Below are positions 1 through 11,325 of a stretch of 64,000 nucleotides of DNA, one piece after another (within the stretch, counting starts at the first letter, position 1; each line of letters opens with the position of its first letter). Source of the DNA: Macrostomum lignano (Eukaryota); assembly GCA_002269645.1 (NCBI GenBank), contig NIVC01000224.1:277127-341126 (forward strand), written 5' to 3'. The notes under the pieces were generated by a model. The model was not told the DNA's origin, made no database searches, and saw only the letters and a list, made by a program, of their open reading frames with translations. Made by a program: the position numbers and the translations under genes.

Positions 1-425
1 TGGGCAGGCCCAGTCTGGCTCAGCAAATGAGAGAGCAGTAAAGAGAGAAGTGAAAGTCAGAGGGACGAAACTAAGCCTAGGGGGCAGGCCCAGTCTAGCT
101 CAGCCAATAAGAGAGCAGTAAAGAGAGAAGTGAAAGTCAGAGGGACGAAACTCAGCCTAGGGCAGGCCCAGTCTAGCTCAGCCAATGAGAGAGCAGTAAA
201 GAGAGAAGTGAAAGTCAGAGGGACGAAACTCAGCCTAGGACAGGCCCAGTCTAGCTCAGCCAATGAGAGAGCAGTAAAGAGAGAAGTGAAAGTCAGAGGG
301 ACGAAACTAAGCCTAGGGGGCAGGCCCAGTCTAGCTCAGCCAATAAGAGAGCAGTAAAGAGAGAAGTGAAAGTCAAAGGGAGGAAACTCAGCCTAGGGGC
401 AGGCCCAGTCTAGCTCAGACAATGA
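1..425. repeat. 78-80 bp tandem repeat, about 5.4 copies (POLR3E intron, truncated by window edge)
   Basis: Unit gggcaggcccagtctagctcagccaatgagagagcagtaaagagagaagtgaaagtcagagggacgaaactcagccta. Confidence 0.95.
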
Positions 426-636
426 GAGAACAATAAGGAGAGAGACCAATTTTAGACGGGACAGAACATACGACGGATCCAGCCAGTGTAAATTGTGGCA
501 GACCAAAGGTAAGACACAAAAGTCTGCAACTTTGATGCAAAAGCAACAGTGGATTAAATAAATCAAGACTCTGATTTCGTCAAACTCTTAGTCATCAAGT
601 AAGAGTCTAAGCACATGAAAAAAATGAAAAACTTAC

Positions 637-1234
637 CACCAGCCTCCCTAGCTTCTCCACCAGTTTTAGGCACTGGTTCTCTCGTATCCATAGCAACCGG
701 CTCGTTCTCGCTGTTGCTATTAACAACGCCTAAAAGAAATTCGTCATTACTACGAAGAGGCTGATCCTCGTCAACTGACAGCCACTGGCATCCAGTCCAG
801 GGTTCCTGTTCGAGCAGCCGCTGGCAGACTCGGTAGCTCTGCTCCCTACGCTGACGAGCTTCCGGAGTCTCCTGTCGAGCGAAGCGCAGAGTGACGGCTC
901 TGGCAGCGTCTGCATCGTCGCCAGCTGCACCAGCATTCGACTGCTGCTCGGTCGAAGATTTTGCTGCCGCCGAGTCCAGATGCTCCAACACAGGCTGCAT
1001 TACTAGTCTAGCGGTAGACGAGATCGGGCAAAGAGTCAATCTGTTGTCATGGAAACGGGCCACAACGAAACGATTTTGCTGTTGCTGTTGCTGACCAGCT
1101 TTGGGCATTGAGCGGAGCAGCTGACGGTCAAACTGACCGCGTGGAAACTGCTCTGGGGCCAGCTGGCCCAGTTCTTGGCCTCGGTGGCGCTCGTAGTTGG
1201 GCGACTTCGTGTCCACTGCGAGTGACAGCTCGGC
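637..1234 (-). CDS. POLR3E: RPC5 exon 4 (Sin_N domain); gene continues beyond the left edge of the window
   Basis: AELSLAVDTKSPNYERHRGQELG ~ human VELEMAIDTLNPNYCRSKGEQIA; VTLRFARQETPEARQRREQSY...EEPW-like ~ ITVRFSRPESEQARQRRVQSY...EEPW. Donor gtaagt at 636. Confidence 0.92.
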
Positions 1235-1270
1235 CTTTTGGTTGATTGATTAATTGGCTGGTTGAGTGTT

Positions 1271-1312
1271 GACTGACTGACTGACTGACTGACTGACTGA
1301 CTGACTGACTGA
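1271..1312. repeat. (GACT)n microsatellite near the POLR3E intron 3 acceptor
   Basis: Direct reading. Confidence 0.95.
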
Positions 1313-1962
1313 ATAATTAATTAATTGATTAAATCAAAGATGAATTGACTTTTAACAATTAAAATAGGGGGCTAATTTTTTCAACAAAATCATACATTAG
1401 ATTTTGCATTTTAAAATTACATTGCCTGCAATGCCTCTATAGCCAAATGGCAGATTTTTTCAATATTTTCTTTTGCTTTAAATTAAAGTCAAGAGATTTA
1501 AAAGGCAAAGCAATAATACAATAGCTCACTAATGTAGGCTTAGCCTTACATATAAATAGAAATAAAACCTTTCTATTAAGAAAAATATATGCATTTAAGA
1601 TAAGCAGCTACAATTTGAATGTCTTGATTGCCATGCTTTTTTTATTGCCTATACTTTAAGCACCCAAGATTGCTTTCTGGTGCCCTAGTTTATGATGCCG
1701 AAATAATAAAGTCATCTTAAAGCAATATAATAAATGTTTTACAAAAGTTTTAATAATTTTAAAAAATCTATTTATTTTAATTGCATTTGCTGAACATCCA
1801 TATTGTATATAATACTGCACTTAAAATGTGTGCTAAAAAGACTTAGCTAAGACTTAGGCACCAAAAAGTGTGGATAACAATGTTTTCATAAATATTTATA
1901 AAGAATATATATTGTTATTGTTAGCAATAAAAATACAATTAGATTAATAGACAAAAACTTAC

Positions 1963-2040
1963 ACATTGTGCCTTTGGTTTATATTTGCAATCAATTATAG
2001 ATGATGGCTTCAATGGATTATCCTTTGGCCTGTTTGGAAA
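1963..2040 (-). CDS. POLR3E: RPC5 exon 3 (FPNRPKDNPLKPSSIIDCKYKPKAQC)
   Basis: gattttcag| ... |gtaagt, 78 nt. Aligns to human YPVRPASMTYDDIPHLSAKIKPKQQK. Confidence 0.88.
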
Positions 2041-2136
2041 CTGAAAATCAGTATAAAGGAATGCATTTTTGAAGGTAGGAAAGTTTAATTTATATTAAAT
2101 TAAAAAAGCCTAAAGAAAGTTAAAATTTTATCTTAC

Positions 2137-2187
2137 CTCAAATAAAAGTAAATCATGTATAGCTTGCTTTGACAAGTAGACAGGAAT
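2137..2187 (-). CDS. POLR3E: RPC5 exon 2 (IPVYLSKQAIHDLLLFE)
   Basis: ttttaatttcag| ... |gtaaga, 51 nt. Aligns to human IDVYLAKSLAEKLYLFQ. Confidence 0.88.
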
Positions 2188-2294
2188 CTGAAATTAAAAT
2201 AGACAAATATATATATATATATATATTCAGTTTCCATAATGGCATATCAAAAAATGCTTAGGGAGACATACATAGCATGTTAATAAAAATATAG

Positions 2295-3400
2295 GGACTT
2301 CTTCAAGTTTATGTTGATAAAATACTTCCGATTTTTCAATTTTTCTAAAACTTGCATTGGAGACTTATGGGGCACCCAAAATTATAAAAATGCAAAAAAA
2401 GTGTAGAAAATTACCTGTACAGTTGATGCAATCACGATTTACTCGATTCCCTATTCTCTTAATGATGTTTGGTGAGAAAAAGTTTCCACAAATACATTTT
2501 TGAAAGTGTATCCACTAGACTTTTAATCTAATAGCACATATGCTAGAACTTCATTAGGCCAATTAAAGATGAGTAATAATATCTACAAATTAATATGCAA
2601 TTGTCTTTTACGTTGGCTGATAATAGTTTTTCAATTTAGTTATAATGCATAGACAGTGTGATGTCACTGTTTGCTTTTTTTAAAAACTGTCATGACCGGC
2701 TCAATCTTTGCACTATGGTCTTTTCACTGCACCCAGCCAAAGCAATATTCGCAACTTTAAAGCATTTCACTCCTCAAAACCAATTACTGTACAAGGCTAG
2801 ATTACTAATTCTATTGTATTAAGGAAGTAACAGCACCTGATTTTGGTAAGCAAATTCATTTAGATAAAGTTATAGAATTCAACCAACTTCTGACATAATT
2901 ATGTTGACTCTTTGGTGGATTCTCTCTTTTCTCGTGTCGTGGAGTTACAACCTCTCCCCCCTATTAGAATTGGAATTTGTCAGCACAATCTTGAATAGGT
3001 CTCCATGCCTCTATTCAAGTTTATGTTGATAAAATCAATCCCCATGAAGAATCTCCCCACCCTAAAACCCCCTATTCCCCATGCCCTGGTAGTTGGTTTT
3101 AAGCTATAACCCCCCCCTCCCTATTAGAATTGGAATTTATCAACACAATCTTGAATAGGTCTTCATGCCTCTATTCAAGTTTATGTTGATAAAATCAATC
3201 CCCATGAAGAATCTCCCCACCCTAAAACCCCCCATTCCCCATGCCCCGGTGGTTGGTTTTAAGCTACATATAATTGGGTTAAAGCTACCTAAAAATGGAG
3301 CTCAAATTTGAAATCAGCACCATCAAAAACCCCTATAGAGACAAAATTATGATCCTATCAAAATTGAAACTATTTTATCAACATAAACTTGAAGAAGTCC
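2295..3400. mobile_element. Non-autonomous DNA transposon (MITE-like) with 30-bp perfect TIRs and 8-bp TSD; Merlin-like termini
   Basis: GGACTTCTTCAAGTTTATGTTGATAAAATA at 2295-2324, its exact reverse complement at 3371-3400; AAATATAG directly flanks both sides (2287-2294, 3401-3408). Lies in POLR3E intron 1. Confidence 0.85.
2957..3268. repeat. 160-bp tandem duplication inside the TIR element
   Basis: ctattagaattgg at 2961 and 3121. Each copy carries ttcaagtttatgttgataaaat, also found in the TIR. Confidence 0.9.
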
Positions 3401-3586
3401 AAATATAGGAGTTTGAACTAGGCAACTTTGTTTCAAACTGCCCAAGTGATAATATATTTATACAACCTTTTGAACTAGGACTATCTGGCTTACAAGCCAA
3501 CTTGCTATGGCTATTATGAAATAGTTTCTTGCATTATTTAATTGGTTTACAAAGTGATAGATAGTTTAGTTTTAAAATGTATTTAC

Positions 3587-3604
3587 CTCCTTCACTACCG
3601 ACAT
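3587..3604 (-). CDS. POLR3E: RNA polymerase III subunit RPC5, coding exon 1 (MSVVKE)
   Basis: ATG TCG GTA GTG AAG GAG|gtaaat, phase 0. Matches the end of the human N-terminus DPVVQE and joins the next exon in frame. An AG acceptor lies 17 nt upstream of the ATG. Confidence 0.7.
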
Positions 3605-5058
3605 CGAACCTCAATGAAAAGCTTAAGAAAAGCATAAACTGAAAATTAGGCTAGCAATGTCCTGAGGCAATGAAGAACAAATAACAGGAACGATAGAGTC
3701 ATCAAATAATTAAAAATCAGGTGAACTTAAGTGTTATAAAGTAACTTTGTGCACGACCTACCAAAAGTTTCCTTGAAAATTTCGTTAGTTAGAAATTTTC
3801 AGATTTGCGTTAGTAAAACAAATATTTGTTTCTTAAACAATACAAAAATAAGATAAAAATTGTTTTTTATAGTAGTAACAATAAAACTAGTTTAATTGTA
3901 TTTTTAGTTTTAAATAATCACAAACAATATTACAAAAACGTTTAACTTTCAATCAAACATCGAACCTGCTTGCTTTGAACATATATAATTTTTTTCGGTC
4001 CGCTTTAATTAAGTTTGTCTTCTTTCAAGAAAGAATTTGCTAAATTATTCTCATTCTCTTTTCTTCATAGAAATGGAGGCTATTATTCTGTTTCTGATTA
4101 AAATACAGGTTGCTGGTCGTGTGGATGCGAAAAGAGAACCACGATTTTAGACACAATATTCTCTATTTCTTTATTCTACTGGTTGAGATATCAGAGTGAT
4201 GCATTCTTTTCAATTGCTCCATTCCACTCTATACTGATCCTTTTTGGTGACCTAGTAAGGGATCTAACATCCAAAGATCACACAGCTTCTTGAGCTTCCA
4301 CTTTTGGACTACTGTTACAACAATTCTTAGTTGCATAAAAATGATTAGGTGTACTCGATCTTCGAATGTCAAACTTATTTGTATATGGGACTTATTTTAA
4401 CCGCATTTTTTATTTGAGCAATAATAAGAAAGCTGTTAATGAAACGCATGCATACGCACATGAATTGCTAAAAAGCAGCAGGCCAGCCAATCTTATTCAT
4501 AAGGCAACAAAAAAACTGCGGACGGAGTAAAAAATTAATAACACATTTTTGCAATTTTGGATTTTGGAATTTAAAAAGAAAAAAGTGCAATCTTTACATC
4601 AGAAGACAGCTCACGAGTCTATAGGATTGCGTGCAACTAGTACAAAAAAACAAAAAGGCAAATGCCTCAAGCATCACCGATATGGAGAATGCAAACATTC
4701 TTAAATTACTAGACGTCTTGGATCGATCCAAGTACATAAATTCAAATAAGCTTCAAGCGCGCTACGTTACTTTTGTAATTTGATTTAAAACAATATGTGA
4801 ACCGGTCAAAGCTGCAAGCATTATAACAATTTCAAGAATGGCCGTTTAAACTTACACGTACATTTGTCACCAAGGTAAATTTGTAACAAACATATTTCAA
4901 CTAAATAATGATTCTGCAACGAATGTAAACAATTACCGTACTTCCTGATTCTAGTTCGTTATCTAGAATTTAAATTACGACTTGATTCTAAGATATCGAT
5001 GACGGGGAATTTTTGCTTTATAAAGTCTAAAGATTCAATTAGTCATTAAAATTAAAAA

Positions 5059-5622
5059 TCAAGCGCCACTTTGACTGTCAAACACTCGCTTATGAGCGGT
5101 CACTTTAGGCAGAATCTGATCAATACGATCAACGCCGAGCACCGTCATGAGGCTCTTAACGAGCTCTTCAAACACCGGAAAAAATTGGTCGTATTCTTCT
5201 AGTCGATCGAACGCTAGTTGGACATCCTCGTGACTGAAAATCTCTTGGATTTTATCGTTGACAGCCAACCTTTCGAGTTGCATCAGCCGGTCAACAGCGC
5301 TGACCACAGCTTCCATGGGAGTTTGTTCAACAAATCCCAGGGACTCTTTAATACTGTTCATAGCGTTGCGACAGACGCCCAACTCTGTGTAGATTGAATT
5401 CATTTTCGTGCAAACTCCCGACAACTGAGCAACGTCGAATAGCCTACGGAAATGATCCACCATGCCGAGGAGCATCGAATGAGGCGGCTGCTGCTGGGAA
5501 CCGGAAGCTCCAGCTGAATCACTGCTAGCGACACCATTCAAGTCTGTTGGAGCTAGCTCATAATTCTCGTCCGATGCCATTCGATCAATTGCGGCGATCA
5601 AGCTGACCGTGTCTGGGGCGGC
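5059..5622 (-). CDS. CEP70: CEP70-like exon 4 (conserved C-terminal domain), stop at 5059
   Basis: ctctgctccag|GCC. HFRRLFDVAQLSGVCTKMNSIYTELG...LEEYDQFFPVF ~ human [26 protein letters not shown]...LEEHEEFFPAF. The four exons sum to 2046 nt, in frame. Confidence 0.9.
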   Translation of the reverse strand, partial: AAPDTVSLIAAIDRMASDENYELAPTDLNGVASSDSAGASGSQQQPPHSMLLGMVDHFRRLFDVAQLSGVCTKMNSIYTELGVCRNAMNSIKESLGFVEQTPMEAVVSAVDRLMQLERLAVNDKIQEIFSHEDVQLAFDRLEEYDQFFPVFEELVKSLMTVLGVDRIDQILPKVTAHKRVFDSQSGA

Positions 5623-5669
5623 CTGGAGCAGAGGTAGTTATATAGGGGGTTTAGAAGCGAATATTCAGG

Positions 5670-6015
5670 TGGGTTTAGGGGCGGATATCCATGTGGGTTT
5701 AGGGGCGGATATCCATGTAGGTTTAGGGGCGGATATCCATGTAGGTTTAGGGGCGGATATCCATGTAGGTTTAGGGGCGGATATCCATGTAGGTTTAGGG
5801 GCGGATATCCATGGGGTTTAGGGGCCGATATCGAGATGGGTTTAGAAGCGGATATAGCGAGGTTTAGGGGCGGATATCCAGTTGGCTTTAAGGGTGGATA
5901 TCCAGGTGGGTTTAGGTGCGGATATCCAGGTGGGTTTAGGGTCAGGGGTTTTAGGGGTGGATACGAGTATTTAGGTGGGTTTAGGTGTGGATATCCAGGG
6001 GGTTTAAGGGCGGAT
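5670..6015. repeat. 24-bp minisatellite (CEP70 intron 3)
   Basis: Unit ggtttaggggcggatatccatgta; degenerates to the right. Confidence 0.92.
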
Positions 6016-6116
6016 ATCGATAAGTCAGATGTCTTTATAGAATCTTTATAGTATTAAAACATGCAAAAATATTTACAGTACAGTGTACTGTACAGCAGGT
6101 TCAATAAAAAACCCAC

Positions 6117-6850
6117 CTGTAGTTTTTCCACAGCCGACCAAGGATACAGTTGCATAAACAGGCGCTCCAAGGACTGCTGCAACTCTGGCAGCCGGATCAG
6201 CTGATCTCTCCACTGCTCCAGCACCGGAACCAGAAGGTTAACGCGATCTTTACTCTTCTGCGACTGATTGACAGATTGTTGCTGTTGATGTTGCTGAAGA
6301 AGATGCTGGGACGCTTCATCATCGAGTACAATGGCCTGTATCTTGGCCACTATAGGATGCGCGATGCCGTATGCATCCGATATGCTCACCAAATCTGTCA
6401 GAGCCTCGCGCAGCTGTTTCAGATCTTCGATGCCCAGCAGTCTGGCTGAGTCCTTGAGGTGTTTCTGGCACACCGACAATGGCAGCAGGTCGATGTCTTC
6501 CACTCGGGTGCTGAAATCTCGACCAGCTGCCGCCGTTGATGCCTCCTTGCCGATGTCGATGTTGTGCCGGCGAAGAAGTCGCTCGCATCGTTGCAGTTTC
6601 GACATCAGCAGTACGTGGTCACTGTTGGTTGGCCGGGACTCCAGCTCGGTGCACAGCAGGTCGCGCTCGCTCTCCATGGACTGCAGCTGGTCCGTGAGGC
6701 TGGCGATCTGCCGGTTCAGCTGCTCGATGGTGACGCGGTAGCCTCGGCCCGGGACTGCCTGCAGGAGGTCCTCGGAGCCTCCGTCTGCTGCTGCTGCTGC
6801 TGCTGAGGTTGGCGCGGCCGCCGATTCTGAGCCGGCTTCTTCAGGGATGC
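6117..6850 (-). CDS. CEP70: CEP70-like exon 3
   Basis: aatcaag|GC ATC (phase 1) ... CAG|gtgggt (phase 0). Open coiled-coil frame throughout. Confidence 0.83.
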
Positions 6851-6851
6851 C

Positions 6852-6852
<1 letters not shown>

Positions 6853-6885
<33 letters not shown>

Positions 6886-7035
6886 AGCTTGATTGATTGA
6901 TTGGGTGGTTGATTAATTTATTAATTGATTGATGGCTTGATTGGTTGATTGATTGATTGGTTGATTGATTGATTGATTGACTGATTGATTGATTGATTGA
7001 TTGATTGACTGATTGATTGATTAATTGATTGACTA
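6853..7035. repeat. (TTGA)n microsatellite filling CEP70 intron 2
   Basis: Direct reading. Confidence 0.95.
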
Positions 7036-7089
7036 TCACATTAACGCATTCTAAACAGACCAGCTGTCATATCACTAAAAGCAGCTCAC

Positions 7090-7468
7090 CGCAGGCCTGC
7101 AGTTCCAGCCGCATCCGATGCAGCTGAGTCTCGTAGCTGTCAATAATATCCAGCATCCGGTTGTCTATCGGGGAGTTTTTTGTCGGCTTGCGCTGCTTTA
7201 AACTGCGAAAAATTTCCAACTGCCGTTTGTGCCGTTCGGCTTCAGTCCGCTCGGAGTCCTGTAGCTTCCGGCGTAGGCGGCTGATCTCCGCCGCCTGTGA
7301 CTCCACCCGCGACTCCAGAGCTTTGGCACGGCTATTGGCTACCGACTTGGAGTTGAGCAGTTCTGCTTCGCGATTCGATGATGAAGCATTCGAAACTGAG
7401 GCGGGTAGCAACAGCGAGTCCGGCACTGAGTCAAGGAAGTTCGAGGAGCGAGCCGAGTCCAACGAGGA
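7090..7468 (-). CDS. CEP70: CEP70-like exon 2
   Basis: ctaatcttcag| ... G|gtgagc. QLEIFRSLKQRK...DNRMLDIIDSYETQLHRM ~ human QNRVFAYLCKR...DRQLLCLIDYYESKIRKI. Confidence 0.87.
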
Positions 7469-7544
7469 CTGAAGATTAGAGGAAAAATATTTTTGAATGA
7501 TTTTTTATGCCCTTACAATCTCAATTACCGTCTAGCCCAGAAAT

Positions 7545-10500
7545 CCAACCCTATTTCCACCCGGGAAGCTTCCATCAATCTATTGAAATCCGCCCCTATT
7601 TCCACCCAGGAAGCTTCCATCAACCCATGGAAATCCGCCCCTATTTCCACTCAGGAAGCTTCCATCAACCCATGGAAATCCGCCCCTATTTCCACCCAGG
7701 AAGCTTCCATCAATCTATGGAAATCCGCCCCTATTTCCACCCAGGAAGCTTCCATCAATCTATGGAAATCCGCCCCTATTTCCACCCAGGAAGCTTCCAT
7801 CAACCCATGGAAATCCACCCCTATTTCCACCCAGGAAGCTTCCATCAACCCATGGAAATCCGCCCCTATTTCCACCCAGGAAGCTTCCATCAACCCATGG
7901 AAATCCGCCCCTATTTCCACCCAGGAAGCTTCCATCAACCCATGGAAATCCGCCCCTATTTCCACCCAGGAAGCTTCCATCAACCCATGGAAATCCGCCC
8001 CTATTTCCACTCAGGAAGCTTCCATCAACCCATGGAAATCCGCCCCTATTTCCACCCAGGAAGCTTCCATCAACACATGGAAATCCGCCCCTATTTCCAC
8101 CCAGGAAGCTTCCATCAACCCATGGAAATCCACCCCTATTTCCACTCAGGAAGCTTCCATCAACCCATGGAAATCCGCCCCTATTTCCACTCAGGAAGCT
8201 TCCATCAACCCATGGAAATCCGCCCCTATTTCCACCCAGGAAGCTTCCATCAACCCATGGAAATCCGCCCCTATTTCCACTCAGGAAGCTTCCATCAACC
8301 CATGGAAATCCGCCCCTATTTCCACCCAGGAAGCTTCCATCAACACATGGAAATCCGCCCCTATTTCCACCCAGGAAGCTTCCATCAATCTATGGAAACC
8401 CGCCCCTATTTCCACCCAGGAAGCTTCCATCAATCTATGGAAACCCGCCCCTATTTCCACCCAGGAAGCTTCCATCAACCCATGGAAATCCGCCCCTATT
8501 TCCACTCAGGAAGCTTCTACCAATCTATGGAAATCCGCCCCTATTTCCACCCAGGAAGCTTCTATCAATCTATGGAAATCCGCCCCTATTTCCACCCAGG
8601 AAGCTTCCATCAATCCATGGAAATCCGCTCCTATTTCCACTTGGGAAGCTTTCATCAATCTATTGAAATCCGCCCCTATTTCCATCCAGGAAGCTTCTAT
8701 CAATCCATGGAAATCCGCCCCTATTTCCACTCAGGAAGCTTCCATCAACCCATGGAAATCCGCCCCTATTTCCACCCAGGAAGCTTCCATCAACCCATGG
8801 AAATCCGCCCCTATTTCCACTCAGGAAGCTTCCATCAACCCATGGAAATCCGCCCCTATTTCCACCCAGGAAGCTTCTATTAATCTATGGAAATCCGCCC
8901 TTATTTCCACCCAGGAAGCTTCCATCAATCCATGGAAATCCGCTCCTATTTCCACTCAGGAAGCTTCCATCAATCCATGGAAATCCGCCCCTATTTCCAC
9001 TTGGGAAGCTTTCATCAATCCATGGAAAAATGCCCCTAGTTCCACTCAGGAAGCTTCCATCAACCCATGGAAATCCGCCCCTATTTCCACCCAGGAAGCT
9101 TCCATCAACCCATGGAAATCCGCCCCTATTTCCACCCAGGAAGCTTCTATCAATCTATGGAAACCCGCCCCTATTTCCACTCAGGAAGCTTCCATCAACC
9201 CATGGAAATCCGCCCCTATTTCCACCCAGGAAGCTTCCATCAACCCATGGAAATCCGCCCCTATTTCCACCCAGGAAGCTTCCATCAACCCATGGAAATC
9301 CGCCCCTATTTCCACTCAGGAAGCTTCCATCAACCCATGGAAATCCGCCCCTATTTCCACCCAGGAAGCTTCCATCAACACATGGAAATCCGCCCCTATT
9401 TCCACCCAGGAAGCTTCCATCAACCCATGGAAATCCACCCCTATTTCCACTCAGGAAGCTTCCATCAACCCATGGAAATCCGCCCCTATTTCCACTCAGG
9501 AAGCTTCCATCAACCCATGGAAATCCGCCCCTATTTCCACCCAGGAAGCTTCCATCAACCCATGGAAATCCGCCCCTATTTCCACTCAGGAAGCTTCCAT
9601 CAACCCATGGAAATCCGCCCCTATTTCCACCCAGGAAGCTTCCATCAACACATGGAAATCCGCCCCTATTTCCACCCAGGAAGCTTCTATCAATCTATGG
9701 AAACCCGCCCCTATTTCCACCCAGGAAGCTTCCATCAATCTATGGAAACCCGCCCCTATTTCCACCCAGGAAGCTTCCATCAATCCATGGAAATCCGCCC
9801 CTATTTCCACTCAGGAAGCTTCCATCAACCCATGGAAATCCGCCCCTATTTCCACTCAGGAAGCTTCTACCAATCTATGGAAATCCGCCCCTATTTCCAC
9901 CCAGGAAGCTTCTATCAATCTATGGAAATCCGCCCCTATTTCCACCCAGGAAGCTTCCATCAATCTATGGAAACCCGCCCCTATTTCCACCCAGGAAGCT
10001 TCCATCAACCCATGGAAATCCGCCCCTATTTCCACTCAGGAAGCTTCTACCAATCTATGGAAATCCGCCCCTATTTCCACCCAGGAAGCTTCTATCAATC
10101 TATGGAAATCCGCCCCTATTTCCACCCAGGAAGCTTCCATCAATCCATGGAAATCCGCTCCTATTTCCACTTGGGAAGCTTTCATCAATCTATTGAAATC
10201 CGCCCCTATTTCCATCCAGGAAGCTTCTATCAATCCATGGAAATCCGCCCCTATTTCCACTCAGGAAGCTTCCATCAACCCATGGAAATCCGCCCCTATT
10301 TCCACCCAGGAAGCTTCCATCAACCCATGGAAATCCGCCCCTATTTCCACTCAGGAAGCTTCCATCAACCCATGGAAATCCGCCCCTATTTCCACCCAGG
10401 AAGCTTCTATTAATCTATGGAAATCCGCCCTTATTTCCACCCAGGAAGCTTCCATCAATCCATGGAAATCCGCTCCTATTTCCACTCAGGAAGCTTCCAT

Positions 10501-10725
10501 CAATCCATGGAAATCCGCCCCTATTTCCACTTGGGAAGCTTTCATCAATCCATGGAAAAATGCCCCTAGTTCCACTCAGGAAGCTTCCATCAACCCTTGG
10601 AAATTCGCCACTAGTTCCACTCAGGAAGCTTCCATCAATCCATGGAAATCCGCCCCTATTTCCACCCAGGAAGCTTCCATCAATCTATGGAAATCCGGCC
10701 CTATTTCCACTCAGGAAGCTAGGAA
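7545..10725. repeat. 45-bp minisatellite, about 70 copies (CEP70 intron 1)
   Basis: Unit ccaggaagcttccatcaacccatggaaatccgcccctatttccac. Confidence 0.97.
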
Positions 10726-10803
10726 ATCCTAGGAAATATCAAACACCTCTAACACAGCTACTTTTTCTTAGAAATCAGCCCCTTGAAACTAATTCTCATT
10801 TAC

Positions 10804-11172
10804 CTGTTGCAATGAGGCCAGCTTCTCTCTATACAGCTGCATCTTTTCTTGGCTGTATCTCAAGTCAGCCCGAGCATGCCGCTCAGCCTCTTCCAGTCGG
10901 TCAATGCTAGCTTGCCTCTGGTCTGATTCGTTGCACAGATCCAGCAGCCAAGTTCGAGCCAAGCGTGACAGGTTGATCGGCATGCAGACACCTTTGAGAG
11001 TCCAAGACAGTCGTTCATTCCATGGCAGTTCGATGCCCTGGCGATTGCTGAGCAGTCTCAGAGCTCGCTGCCACAGCTGGCACTCATCATCGAGTTGTTC
11101 GCCAAGATTGCCGGCTGTTGCTGGTGCTCCATTGACGCTCATATTTGTCTGTAAAGGCCGGTTGCATGCCAT
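10804..11172 (-). CDS. CEP70: Centrosomal protein CEP70-like, exon 1
   Basis: ATG at 11172; coiled-coil ORF ending CAG|gtaaat, phase 0. Confidence 0.8.
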
Positions 11173-11325
11173 TTTAGAGTTCAGTTACTGATTCGCAATA
11201 TTATTTAAAGTTGTACTGCTATAAAACTTTTAGGCGTTAACCAGATTTTTACATTTAGCCATAGACAGAATCTGGGAACAATAAAAACTTCCATTTCTGG
11301 GTCAACAGACGACTAATTGACCTAA

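Noticed and set aside
5670-5830. TTAGGG in each 24-bp unit as interstitial telomeric sequence
   Set aside because: Single hexamers separated by 18 bp of other sequence; not a telomeric tract.
7545-10725. CRISPR-like appearance of the regular arrays
   Set aside because: Units are head-to-tail with no unique spacers, and the genome is eukaryotic.
7493-10732. 1079-aa ORF and overlapping ORFs (WKSAPISTQEASINP)n
   Set aside because: Translation of a 45-bp intronic minisatellite lying antisense in CEP70 intron 1. A unit length divisible by 3 explains the open frame.
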